64,000 nucleotides of DNA from an uncultured Actinomycetota bacterium. GTDB lineage: Bacteria > Actinomycetota > Actinomycetes > JAHEKZ01. The translations under genes and the position numbers were made by a program. The stretch lies in contig CAVQYR010000002.1 in the NCBI GenBank assembly GCA_963718235.1, positions 576,001-640,000 of the forward strand, in the 5' to 3' direction. Under the pieces are notes generated by a model, which ran no database searches, was not told where the DNA came from, and was given only the letters and a program-made list of their open reading frames with translations. Below are positions 19,353 through 28,894 of this stretch, one piece after another (position 1 is the stretch's first letter; each line of letters starts with the position of its first letter).

Positions 19353-20497
19353 GCGACGGCGGCCACCCGCTCCACCAGGGCGGCCAGTCGATCCTGCGAC
19401 GTGGCGAAGTTCAGCCGGACGTGGCCATGGCCACCGGAGCCGAAGGCCTCGCCGGCCGACAGGCGCACCTTGGCGGTGTCCAGCAGCCACTCGGCCGTGG
19501 TCGTGCCAGGAGGCGTCGGCAGTGCGGAGGTGTCGAGCCACGCCAGGTACGTCGCCTCGGGGACGTGGTACCCCACGTCGGGCAGGTGGGTCGCCAGCAG
19601 CTCGGCCAGCAGGCTGCGGTTTCGGTCGAGCACCCGTTCGACCTCGGCCAGCCAGGGGCGCCCCTCGACCAGGGCAGCGGTGGTGGCGTGCACCCCGAGT
19701 GGGCTGCCGCCGAAGAACGCGGTCTCCGGCAGCGACTTCAGCCGCCGTGCCATGGCCGGGGACCCGGCGACCGCCACCGCGCACTTCAGGCCAGGGATGT
19801 TCCATGCCTTGCTCGCGCTGGTGACGGTCAGGGTGCGGGCCGCGATCGCCGGGTCCAGAGACGCGATCGGAACGTGCGTCCGCCCACCCGGGTGTACGAG
19901 CGGCGAGTGGATCTCGTCGGACACCAACCACGCGTCGTACTCCACCACCAGACGGCCGAGACGGAGCAGCTCGTCGGCCGCGAAGACCCGCCCGGTCGGG
20001 TTGTGCGGGTTGCTCAGCAGCACCAGCTGGGCTCCGCCGGCCAAGCCGGCCTCGACCGCGTCGAGGTCGAGGACGAAGCCACCAGCGGTCTCGAGCAACG
20101 GCGCGTCGACCAGTCGGCGTCCCTTCTCCGCGATCGACTCGAGGAACGGGTGGTAGATCGGTGTCGTCGTGAGCACGCCCTCGCCCCCCGCACTCCACAG
20201 CTCGATCGCGAGGTCGACCCCTCGCATGACGTCGGGAAGCAGGACGACCGCCCCGGGGTCGAACGACCAGTGGTACTCCGTGGAGTACCACTGGGACCAG
20301 GCCTCAGCGAGCCGGGTGTCGGTGATCAGTGGGGCATAGCCCAGGTCGCTGCGTTGGACCGCGTCGACGACCGCTCGGCGTACCGGCTCGGCGACGGCGA
20401 AGTCCATCTCGGCGACCCAGGCGGCGATCTCGTCGGGACCGGCCACGGACCACTTGATGCTGAGATGCGCCGGGTGGGGCGGGACGAGCTCGATCAC
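19316..20497 (-). CDS. MalY/PatB family PLP enzyme (cystathionine beta-lyase-like)
   Basis: WVAEMDF, NPHNPTG, SDEIH, SASKAWN (PLP Lys), ATYLAWLD, RLNFAT. Confidence 0.92.
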   Translation of the reverse strand: MIELVPPHPAHLSIKWSVAGPDEIAAWVAEMDFAVAEPVRRAVVDAVQRSDLGYAPLITDTRLAEAWSQWYSTEYHWSFDPGAVVLLPDVMRGVDLAIELWSAGGEGVLTTTPIYHPFLESIAEKGRRLVDAPLLETAGGFVLDLDAVEAGLAGGAQLVLLSNPHNPTGRVFAADELLRLGRLVVEYDAWLVSDEIHSPLVHPGGRTHVPIASLDPAIAARTLTVTSASKAWNIPGLKCAVAVAGSPAMARRLKSLPETAFFGGSPLGVHATTAALVEGRPWLAEVERVLDRNRSLLAELLATHLPDVGYHVPEATYLAWLDTSALPTPPGTTTAEWLLDTAKVRLSAGEAFGSGGHGHVRLNFATSQDRLAALVERVAAVAHHPPRTSVAIR

Positions 20498-20507
20498 AGC
20501 GGTCTCC

Positions 20508-21386
20508 TCAGGGCGTTCGGCTTTGGCGCAGGTCGGGCAACACGGTGCGGGCCAGGTGGTCGATCCGGTCCCACTGCGGCCTCGGCGGCGGGTACAGGAC
20601 GAACTCGGTGAAGCCCAGGGGGACGAACCGCTCCACGACGCTCTTCAGCGTCGCGTCGTCGCTCCAGACGTCGACCGCGTCGTCGAGCAGGAGCAGCGAG
20701 CGGGTCAGCGTCTTCGGGTCGCGGCCGGTGTCGGCCAGGTGTGCGTCGAGCGTGTCGACCCGAGCGGCAGTCGCCTCGAAGAAGGAGTCGACGTCGGTGT
20801 CCACGTAGGTGTTCCAGGTGTCGGCGTGGTCGGCCGCCAGGCGGATCACCCGGGGCCCGTTCCCCGCGATCAGCAGCGGCGGTCGGGGTTGCTGGACCGA
20901 ACCGGGTGCCATGGCGGCGGTGTCGTAGCGGGTGAAGCGTCCGTGGAACGGGGAGCAGTCGCCGCGCAGCAGCCGGTCGATGACCGCGGTTCCCTCGGCC
21001 AGGCGGTCAACCCGCTCGCGAGGCGACATGCCCAGCACCTCCGGTCCGGCCATCGCCTGGTCGGGCACCTCCCCGCAGCCCAGCCCGAGGGTGAACCGAC
21101 CGCCACAGAGCCGGTCGACGCTCATCGCGAAGCGCGCGACGAGCACCGGGTCGCGCCAGGCGAGGTTGGTGATCAGCATCCCCAGCCGGATCCGCTGACT
21201 GACCACCGCGTGCGCGCCGAGCGCGACCCAGGCGTCGAGCAGCGGCTCGCTGGGTCGGCGCCAGTCCCCGAGGGTGTCCCCGGCCCAGGCCGTGTCGAAC
21301 CCGAGGTCCTCGAGTCGTCGCAGGAGGTCGATGCCGTGTGAGGGGTCGGAGGGCAGCACGTAGGCGCCGAAGCTGAGCGCACTCAT
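20508..21386 (-). CDS. LLM class flavin/F420-dependent oxidoreductase
   Basis: EDLGFDTAW, RIRLG, GGRFTLGLGCG, QQPRPPLLIAGNGPR, ADTWN. Confidence 0.88.
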   Translation of the reverse strand: MSALSFGAYVLPSDPSHGIDLLRRLEDLGFDTAWAGDTLGDWRRPSEPLLDAWVALGAHAVVSQRIRLGMLITNLAWRDPVLVARFAMSVDRLCGGRFTLGLGCGEVPDQAMAGPEVLGMSPRERVDRLAEGTAVIDRLLRGDCSPFHGRFTRYDTAAMAPGSVQQPRPPLLIAGNGPRVIRLAADHADTWNTYVDTDVDSFFEATAARVDTLDAHLADTGRDPKTLTRSLLLLDDAVDVWSDDATLKSVVERFVPLGFTEFVLYPPPRPQWDRIDHLARTVLPDLRQSRTP

Positions 21387-21437
21387 GACGGCATGCTGTC
21401 ACGACCCCCCTGGAGTCGGTGCGTCACACTGGCAGGC

Positions 21438-22412
21438 ATGACACGCCGCATCCGTTCGCGCGCTGCGCGGCTCGCAGTCCTGTTGGCCGTCGCCGTTGCG
21501 CTGGCGGCGTGCGGACACTCCGCCGATGCTCCGTCGGGCGTCGCTCCGCTGCGCCCGGAGTCAGGCAAGCGAGCGGTCGTGTCGCGGCTGGCGGTCGTCG
21601 GCGACATCGCCTGCGACCCGGCGAGCCCCTACTACGACCGGGGCCGGGGCGACCGTCAGCACTGCCGGCAGCGAGCGGTGGGGCAGCTGGTCCAGCGGCT
21701 CGACCCGGATGCCGTGATCACCACGGGGGACAACCAGTACGAGGTCGGCGGGCTGCGCGCCTACCGCACGTCGTACGACGCAGCCTTCGGTCACCTGCTG
21801 CCGGTCACGTGGCCAGTCGCCGGCAACCACGAGTACGGCACCACTGGAGCGACCGGCTACTTCCGTTACTTCGCGGCGCGTGCCGGTACGCCTGACCGGC
21901 CGTGGCGGTGGTACGCGCCGGCCGACGGTTGGCGGATCGCGCTGCTCGACTCGAACTGCCCCGACGTCGGTGGGTGCGGCGCCACGTCCGCGCAGGGCCG
22001 GTGGCTGCGACGGCGCCTGGCCCTGGACCCGACCCGATGCACGATCGCTGCCTGGCACCACCCACTCCACACCGCCGGTGAGTACCGGCACAGCGCCGCC
22101 ACCAAGGCGCTGGCCCGACCGCTGTGGAGGGCGTCTGCGCGCGGTGGCGTCGACCTCGTGGTGAATGGCCACGACCACAGCTACCAGCGCTTCGGCGCGG
22201 TCGACGGCATGGTCGAGTTCGTCAGCGGCGCCGGTGGCAAGAGCCACTACCCGCTCGGCCAGGCCCGGGGCCTGCGGGCCGGCAACGACACCGACTTTGG
22301 CGTGCTGCTGCTGACCCTCTTGTCCGACGGCACCTACCGCCATGCCTTCGTCACAGTCGACGGAGCACGGCAGGACGTCGGACGCGGCAGCTGTGCCAAC
22401 CTTCCGCGCTGA
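21438..22412 (+). CDS. Lipoprotein metallophosphoesterase (purple acid phosphatase-like)
   Basis: Lipobox LAAC; GDIA, GDNQY, GNHEY, WHHP, GHDH. Confidence 0.88.
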   Translation: MTRRIRSRAARLAVLLAVAVALAACGHSADAPSGVAPLRPESGKRAVVSRLAVVGDIACDPASPYYDRGRGDRQHCRQRAVGQLVQRLDPDAVITTGDNQYEVGGLRAYRTSYDAAFGHLLPVTWPVAGNHEYGTTGATGYFRYFAARAGTPDRPWRWYAPADGWRIALLDSNCPDVGGCGATSAQGRWLRRRLALDPTRCTIAAWHHPLHTAGEYRHSAATKALARPLWRASARGGVDLVVNGHDHSYQRFGAVDGMVEFVSGAGGKSHYPLGQARGLRAGNDTDFGVLLLTLLSDGTYRHAFVTVDGARQDVGRGSCANLPR

Positions 22413-22441
22413 GGTCGACGGATCCGACTGGAACCCTTTGA

Positions 22442-23080
22442 TCAGGCCAGGTCGACGGTCAGCTCACACTCGGTGGCGGCCACGACCTCGTCGATGCTGA
22501 CGCCAGGCGCCGTCTCACGCAGAACCAGGCGCTCGGGGAGGACGTCGATGACCGCCAAGTCGGTGATGATCCGGTTGACCACCGACTTGCCGGTCAGCGG
22601 CAGCGAGCACTCGTTGACGATCTTCGCGGAGCCGTCCTTGGCCGTGTGCTCCATCATCACGATGACCCGCTTGCTTCCGTGAACGAGGTCCATGGCCCCG
22701 CCCATCCCCTTGACCATCTTCCCGGGGATCATCCAGTTCGCGAGGTCGCCGTCTCGGGACACCTGCATCGCGCCGAGGACGGCGACGTCGATGTGCCCGC
22801 CCCGGATCATCGCGAAGCTCGTGGCCGAGTCGAAGAACGACGCCCCGGGCTTCACCGTGACCGTCTCCTTGCCGGCATTGATCAGGTCGGGGTCGACGTG
22901 CGCCTCGTCGGGGTAGGGGCCGGTACCGAGAATGCCGTTCTCCGACTGGAGGGCGACCGTGACGCCGGCGGGCAGGTACTGCGGGACCAGGGTCGGCAGT
23001 CCGATTCCGAGGTTGACGTACTCGCCGTCGCGCATCTCCTGGGCCACGCGCGCGGCCAGCTCGTTGCGGGTGAGCGCCAT
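22442..23080 (-). CDS. scoB: 3-oxoacid CoA-transferase subunit B
   Basis: [14 protein letters not shown] (catalytic Glu), [10 protein letters not shown]. Confidence 0.93.
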   Translation of the reverse strand: MALTRNELAARVAQEMRDGEYVNLGIGLPTLVPQYLPAGVTVALQSENGILGTGPYPDEAHVDPDLINAGKETVTVKPGASFFDSATSFAMIRGGHIDVAVLGAMQVSRDGDLANWMIPGKMVKGMGGAMDLVHGSKRVIVMMEHTAKDGSAKIVNECSLPLTGKSVVNRIITDLAVIDVLPERLVLRETAPGVSIDEVVAATECELTVDLA

Positions 23081-23853
23081 CAGGATGCTCCTCCGGTCGG
23101 CTCGGACACGGTTCGTCGCTCGATCCTCTTGTCGGCGGCCTGCTCGGGGGTGAGCTCGACGACCCGCTGGACGAAGACCCCGGGCGTGTGCACGGTCTGC
23201 GGGTCGATCTCGCCGGGCTCGACGAGCCGCTCGACCTCGGCGATGGTCACGCGTCCGGCCATGGCCGCCAACGGGTTGAAGTTCTGCGTCGACCGGTCGA
23301 AGACCAGGTTCCCGTGCCGGTCGCCCACCGAGGCGCGGACCAGTGCGAAGTCCGTGACGATCCCCCGCTCGAGCACGTAGGGGACGCCGTCGAACTCACG
23401 GGTCTCCTTCGGGGGTGACGAGAGTGCGACTCCGCCGGAGCCGTCGTAGCGCCACGGCATGCCGCCCTCGCTGACCTGGGTTCCGTAGCCCGCAGGGGTG
23501 TAGAACGCCGGGATGCCCGAACCGCCGGCCCGCAGCCGCTCGGCCAGGCTGCCCTGGGGGATGAGCTCGACCTCGAGCTCGCCGGACAGGAACTGGCGCT
23601 CGAACTCCTTGTTCTCACCGACGTAGGACGACGTCATCCGCGCGATGCGGTGCGCGGCCAGCAGCACGCCGAGGCCCCACCCGTCGACGCCGCAGTTGTT
23701 GGAGACGACCCGCAGCCCCGAGGCGCCCTGCTCGAGCAGCGCCTGGGTCAAGACGCTGGGGATCCCGCACAGCCCGAACCCGCCGACCGCGAGGCTCGCT
23801 CCGTCGCCGATGTCTGCGACGGCCTCGGCCGCCGACCTCATCACCTTGTCCAC
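23080..23853 (-). CDS. scoA: 3-oxoacid CoA-transferase subunit A
   Basis: [41 protein letters not shown]; TGATG coupling to subunit B. Confidence 0.93.
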   Translation of the reverse strand: MDKVMRSAAEAVADIGDGASLAVGGFGLCGIPSVLTQALLEQGASGLRVVSNNCGVDGWGLGVLLAAHRIARMTSSYVGENKEFERQFLSGELEVELIPQGSLAERLRAGGSGIPAFYTPAGYGTQVSEGGMPWRYDGSGGVALSSPPKETREFDGVPYVLERGIVTDFALVRASVGDRHGNLVFDRSTQNFNPLAAMAGRVTIAEVERLVEPGEIDPQTVHTPGVFVQRVVELTPEQAADKRIERRTVSEPTGGAS

Positions 23854-23946
23854 AGGATCCTCACTGGGGGTCGTCCGTCACCGTGACTTGGGGCTGGACC
23901 CTACCGTCCCACCGCCGACCGTCCTCGAGCGAGCATGGCCCACTGC

Positions 23947-25989
23947 TCAGGAGGTCGGTACGGCAACCAGCGGCGGCGCCTTGTCGGTGTCGACGCCCCA
24001 CTTGCTTAGCTGGTCGCGGATCTTGCCCTCGCCCTTGGCCATCGTCTCGTCGATGAGCCGTCGCTGGGCGAAGGCCAGCTCTCGCTCCCGCAGCGCGGCC
24101 TCGACCGAGACCATCTGCTCGGCCGATGCGGGGAGGCGGTACGCCTGCTGGGTCATCGCGGCGAGGCTCTCTCGGTAGTCGTGCCCGGTGGCGACGAACT
24201 GTCCGGGTATGGGGTCCAACGCATTGATGACGTCCATGACGGTGATCATGAAGGTGGCGAACGGGCGCCAGTACGTCTCGCGCGGGACACCGGGTGGGCG
24301 AGTCTCCGGTGGGCCGAGCCACGACGGCCGTTGGACGATGAGCTGCGGGGTGAACTTGGCGATCGGGTCGTTGTCGTTGGTGAGCAGGACCACGCGCGCG
24401 CGGTCACGGTCGCTCTCCGACAGCTCGGCCCAGCCGGCCGGGTTACTCACCTGCACGATGTGGTGGTCGGGGTCGACCTGGTCCGGGTCGGCATCCCATG
24501 ACCGGTACCAGCGGCTCTCCCAGGGCGTCCCGATGAACAATGCGCGGTCGACGCCGAGTCGGTCGTACCCCTTCGTCCCCTGGCCAAAGAAGGCATCCTG
24601 GCCCGTCCACGCGCCGAGGCTCTCGCCGAACATGACGACGCGTGGGCGCTGGTCGTCGGGGATCGTCGCGAGCCGCCAGCGCAGAGCGTTGAGGAACGTC
24701 CGGATCTGTGCCTCGCCCAGCTCGGTCCGGCCCAGGGAGAGGTACGAGGGACGGATCGAGTACTGAAGCGCCACCGAGGCACAGTCGCCGCGGCTGAGGT
24801 ACTCCAGCGTCTCGACCGCGACGTAGTTCACGTACCCGGTGCCCGTGGGTGAGAACAGGCACAGCACGGAGCGCTCCAGTGCCCCCAGCCGCTCCAGCTC
24901 GCGGATCGCGAGGTCGGCGGCCTCGTCGGCGTTGCGGGCGGACTCGTCGCCGACCGTGCCGAGGCCGACGAAGGCGCGGACCGGGTCGAGGGAGTCCTCG
25001 CCGACGACGCCGGTGATCTCCGCGCCGGTCAGGGCCATGTTGACGAAGCGGCGACCCTCGCGCCCGATCGTGGTCCAGTCGACGAGGCTGTTCGTGCCGC
25101 CGCTGACGAAGGCCGACTCCGGGGGAGTCGCGTAGGCCGCCTCGATCGCCTGCCCACCCTGTTCGAACCGCTGGTACACCTTGCCCAGGCCCTTGTTCGC
25201 CCCGTAGGCCAGCAGGCCGAGTCCCGCGGCGTGGCCGAGGAGGCGTCCGTACGGGGCGAGCGGTGGGGCGACCGTCGTCGTCGCTGCGGCGATGCCGGCG
25301 GCGAAGGCTCGCTCCGCCTGGGCCAGCGCGGTCAGCCCCAGCATGATGCCCGTCCCGGCGAGCACCGCCTTACGCACCGAGACGTTGCTGTCGGCCTCGA
25401 CGGTCTGGCCGTAGGCGTCCTCGTCACCGGCCTCGGCCAGCGCCCGACGCTGGCGCCAGATCAAAGCGGTCGCGATCGCGGCGCCGAGCGGGATGGCGAT
25501 CGGGATCTTCTCGAAGATGTCGTCGTCGCGGCTGCTGTCCACCCGGGAGAGCGCATCGAGTCCGGACACGATCACCAGCCCGCAGGCCGCCGTCTCGAAC
25601 AGCTTGCGTCCGCCGGTACGGGCCATGGCCCGCCGGATCGGCTCGTTGCGCTGCTGAGGGAGCGCCCGCTCGACGGCCAGCCCGACGCCAGCGGCCACCG
25701 CGTTGGCCGCCAGCTGGAGTCCGCGGCGCCGGCGCCGGCTCTCCGGGTCGTGGCCGAGCCCGGCCAGCCCGAAGGCGACCGACTGCACCAGCGACTGCAG
25801 GGTCGTCGTGATTCCGAAGTTGGCCGCGGTCACGACGCCGGTGATGGCCGCCTGGTGCAGCGTGCTGCGCGGCATCAGGCCCCGCTGCATCGAGGGCGCC
25901 ACGCTGATCGACGCGGACAGGAGTCCGGCCCGAGCCGGAGTGTCGAGACCAGGACCGAGCTTGCCCCACGCCTGGGCCAGCAGTGACAT
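23947..25989 (-). CDS. Membrane alpha/beta-hydrolase (Abhydrolase_9-like)
   Basis: N-terminal TM region; WTTIGREGRRFV, PVRAFVGL, PTGTGYVN, QYSIRPS, GESLG, DPI, GHDY. Confidence 0.85.
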   Translation of the reverse strand: MSLLAQAWGKLGPGLDTPARAGLLSASISVAPSMQRGLMPRSTLHQAAITGVVTAANFGITTTLQSLVQSVAFGLAGLGHDPESRRRRRGLQLAANAVAAGVGLAVERALPQQRNEPIRRAMARTGGRKLFETAACGLVIVSGLDALSRVDSSRDDDIFEKIPIAIPLGAAIATALIWRQRRALAEAGDEDAYGQTVEADSNVSVRKAVLAGTGIMLGLTALAQAERAFAAGIAAATTTVAPPLAPYGRLLGHAAGLGLLAYGANKGLGKVYQRFEQGGQAIEAAYATPPESAFVSGGTNSLVDWTTIGREGRRFVNMALTGAEITGVVGEDSLDPVRAFVGLGTVGDESARNADEAADLAIRELERLGALERSVLCLFSPTGTGYVNYVAVETLEYLSRGDCASVALQYSIRPSYLSLGRTELGEAQIRTFLNALRWRLATIPDDQRPRVVMFGESLGAWTGQDAFFGQGTKGYDRLGVDRALFIGTPWESRWYRSWDADPDQVDPDHHIVQVSNPAGWAELSESDRDRARVVLLTNDNDPIAKFTPQLIVQRPSWLGPPETRPPGVPRETYWRPFATFMITVMDVINALDPIPGQFVATGHDYRESLAAMTQQAYRLPASAEQMVSVEAALRERELAFAQRRLIDETMAKGEGKIRDQLSKWGVDTDKAPPLVAVPTS

Positions 25990-26100
25990 CGGTGTTCCTC
26001 CCGGCAGACGTCGAGGGCGGGGCTCAGCCTGCCATGCCCCTGCCCACGGGCGTCAACGAGCCGGAAGAGGTGGTACGACGGACGAGCAGCAGGCGAAGGC

Positions 26101-26391
26101 TCAGAGCCGGATCAGGGGAGCGACCAGCGAACGCACGAGGGGTGCGTCGGGGAAGCGGACCTCGGTGACCCGCAGGTCCTGCGCTGCAGGGGTCCGCGGA
26201 GCCGGATCGTTGGAGGTGTCGCCGACCAGGTCGAACCAGGAGTCGATGACGTCCTCGAACGCACCGGCCCGGTCGGGGCGGGTGACCACGCGCCGGCCGG
26301 TGGCCAGGTCGACCCAGCCCACCAGCACACCGTCGGCGTCGTTGACCAGCAAGCGCTCGTCGGCGCCTCGGGCCAGGGCAAACTCAGTCAC
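26101..26391 (-). CDS. Small hypothetical protein
   Basis: 96 aa with a globular-looking N-half (RLLVNDADGVLVGWVDLATG) filling an otherwise empty gap. Confidence 0.55.
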   Translation of the reverse strand: MTEFALARGADERLLVNDADGVLVGWVDLATGRRVVTRPDRAGAFEDVIDSWFDLVGDTSNDPAPRTPAAQDLRVTEVRFPDAPLVRSLVAPLIRL

Positions 26392-26527
26392 GGGTCAGTG
26401 ATCGGCACGCGGGCAGCCTCGGTTCATGGGCCAGAATGACTATCTCTGGCCCGGGTTCGGCGAGTGTTCAGCCTGCGGCCATCCCTGGGAGGCCACGACG
26501 CCGCCCGCGCGGCCCACCCTCGTGGTC

Positions 26528-27142
26528 ATGGTGGCCGCCGACTCCCTCCACGTCCCTCGGGTGGCGCTCATCGCCCACGACCACCGCAAGGACGCCCTGC
26601 TGCAGTGGGCCGCCGACCACCTGGACCGCCTCGTCCGCTGCGAGCTGGTCGCGACGGGCACCACTGGGCTGCGGCTGCAGCGTGACCTGGGGCTGGATGT
26701 GGAGTGCCTGCGCTCGGGGCCCATGGGCGGAGACCTGCAGATCGGTGCCCGCATCGCCGAGGGTCGCCTCGACGCCCTGGTCTTCTTCTGGGACCCCCTC
26801 GAGCCGCAGCCGCACGACCCCGACGTCAAGGCCCTGCTGCGCGCGGCAACGGTCTGGGACATCCCGACGGCGTGCAACCGCGCCACAGCGGACCTGGTCG
26901 CCACCGGGTGGTCCCGAAGCGTGCTTCCTCGGGCTCGGTCAGTCGACGAGCGCGCGTTCGATCGGGCCTCGGTCGACGAGTCGCGCGTCTCCCGACTGCC
27001 GGGCGAGGATCGCTCGGGCCGGGGTGACGACGAAGGCGTGCACCGTGTCCAGCGAGTCGATCGTGAGCCCGCGCGCGACCTGACCGACGTGGGTGTACAC
27101 CGTGATCGTGCGGGCCAGGATCTCCGGGTCGCCGATGGATGA
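26528..27142 (+). CDS. mgsA: Methylglyoxal synthase (with apparent C-terminal extension)
   Basis: ALIAHDHRK, ATGTTG, SGPMGGDLQIG, FFWDPLEPQPHDPDVKALLR, ACNRATAD. Confidence 0.92.
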   Translation: MVAADSLHVPRVALIAHDHRKDALLQWAADHLDRLVRCELVATGTTGLRLQRDLGLDVECLRSGPMGGDLQIGARIAEGRLDALVFFWDPLEPQPHDPDVKALLRAATVWDIPTACNRATADLVATGWSRSVLPRARSVDERAFDRASVDESRVSRLPGEDRSGRGDDEGVHRVQRVDREPARDLTDVGVHRDRAGQDLRVADG

Positions 27143-27422
27143 CGCCATGCCCCCGTCGATGAACCGGCGGGCCACGCGCCACTGCGGGCCGAGAACCGGA
27201 ACCTCGTAGACGCAGCAGCCGCCGGGGCTCGGACCCCGGGGTAGGCCGAGCCTCGTCGACCGCCCAGTCCAGCCACCCGTCGACCAGGCGCTGCTGCCAC
27301 TGCCGAAACGCCACGACGACGAGGTTGCGCTCACCCAGCAGGTCGTCCGGCACGGTGGTGTCGGTGCCGTCGAGAGCTCGTCCCTGCAGTGGGGGGAACA
27401 GTCGATGCCCGGCGTCGCTCAC
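26939..27422 (-). pseudogene. ATP10-like / thioredoxin-like hypothetical protein with an apparent +1 frameshift near 27251
   Basis: FPPLQGRALDG...PDDL...LVVVAFRQWQQRLVDGW in one frame; YEVPVL...RRFIDGGM...RTITVYT in the next. 'gac gag g ctc ggc' has an extra G. GTGA coupling to the permease. Family recalled, not searched. Confidence 0.65.
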
Positions 27423-28894
27423 GCGTCGACGGACTCCTGCCGGCGGATGCGTCCACGACCGAACACCAGCTGTCCCAGGAACCCGATGACCAAAGCAGCG
27501 ATGATCCCCGTGTTCGCGCCGTACCACGGTGACGTGTCGGTCACGCCGATCCAGTTGAGGATGTAGCCCTGCCAGGTGAGCCAGGGCTCGTCGAAGAAGC
27601 TCACGACCATGCCCCAGCCGACCAGGGTGCCCACGACGGCGCTGAGAAACGCCGGCCAGCCAACGGCGCCGTATCGGCCGTTCGAGTCGTAGAGAGCCGC
27701 GTCGGCGTACGCATGCTTGCGGCTGAGCATGTCGGCCAGGAAGGCGCCCACCCAGGCGGACATCGGGACGCCGAGCAGGTAGAGGAAGCCCTGGAACGGA
27801 CCGAAGAACGTGTCGGCGATCCACACCACGTAGATGGTCCCCAGGATCATCAGCACGCCGTCGACCAGCGCCGCCACCGCTCGCGGCACCTTCAGGCCGA
27901 GGGTGAGCAGCGCGAGTCCGGATGAGTAGATGTCGAGGACCGCACCGCCGATGAAGCCCAGCGAGACCACGATGAGGAACGGCAGCAAGATGAGGGCCGA
28001 CGTCGGAAGGATCGTGGTGAGTGCACCGATCGGGTCGAGCGCGATGGCGTCGAGCAGCGCTGGGTCCGACGCGGCCAGGAGCAGACCGTAGAGAACGAGG
28101 ATGAGCGGGGCGATGCTCGCGCCGAGGACGGTCCAGCCGAAGATGCTGCCCCCCGGTGTGCTCCTGGGGAGGTAGCGGGAGTAGTCGGCCCCGCAGTTGA
28201 CCCAACCGATCCCGAAGCCGGTCATCGCGAAGATGACCGCACCGAGGAAGGCCTGCGCCGAGCCGGACGGGACCGAGCTGACGGCCGACCAGTCGACCTC
28301 GTCGATGGTGAAGCCGATGTACAGCACGGTCAGGACCAGGCTGATGATCGTGATCCAGGTCTGGATCCGCATCAGGAAGTCGAACCCGACGACGCCGGTG
28401 TAGACCACGATCCCGGCGATCACGATGAAGGCGACGACCTTGACGCCGTCCCCGCTGGCCCACCCCAGGCGTTCGAAGACCGTCGACGTGGCCAACGTGG
28501 CCAAAGCGACCAGGACGATCTCCCACCCGATCAGCAAGAGGTACGACACCACGGTCGGGAAGGCGTTGCCGCGCACGCCGAAGGCAGCGCGGGAGATCAC
28601 CATGGTGGGGGCCGAGGCGCGCTTTCCGGCCAGTGAGACGAAGCCCACCAGGACGAACGAGAAGACGATGCCGACCACGGCTGCCAGAGCCGCCTGCCAG
28701 AAGCTGACCCCGAAGTAGAGGATGAACGCCGCGTAGGAGATGCCGAACACCGAGATGTTGGCAGCGGCCCAGGGCCAGAAGAGGTCGCGTGGCTCTCCCT
28801 TGCGTTCGGACTCCGGGATGACGTTGATCCCGTTCTCCTCGACGCCGAGCCGCTGCTCCACGACCTGGATCTCGTGCCCCAGCTCACCGGACAT
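27419..28894 (-). CDS. NCS1 family purine/cytosine permease
   Basis: E.NGINVI..SERKG.P..LFWPW.AAN, SRAAFGVRGN, ADYSRYLP; about 12 TM helices. Confidence 0.92.
   Translation of the reverse strand: MSGELGHEIQVVEQRLGVEENGINVIPESERKGEPRDLFWPWAAANISVFGISYAAFILYFGVSFWQAALAAVVGIVFSFVLVGFVSLAGKRASAPTMVISRAAFGVRGNAFPTVVSYLLLIGWEIVLVALATLATSTVFERLGWASGDGVKVVAFIVIAGIVVYTGVVGFDFLMRIQTWITIISLVLTVLYIGFTIDEVDWSAVSSVPSGSAQAFLGAVIFAMTGFGIGWVNCGADYSRYLPRSTPGGSIFGWTVLGASIAPLILVLYGLLLAASDPALLDAIALDPIGALTTILPTSALILLPFLIVVSLGFIGGAVLDIYSSGLALLTLGLKVPRAVAALVDGVLMILGTIYVVWIADTFFGPFQGFLYLLGVPMSAWVGAFLADMLSRKHAYADAALYDSNGRYGAVGWPAFLSAVVGTLVGWGMVVSFFDEPWLTWQGYILNWIGVTDTSPWYGANTGIIAALVIGFLGQLVFGRGRIRRQESVDA

Noticed and set aside
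13956-21386. Secondary-metabolite cluster (hydroxylase, ALDH, MpaB-like, PLP enzyme, LLM)
   Set aside because: Mixed orientations and no scaffold enzyme (NRPS, PKS, RiPP precursor or terpene synthase).
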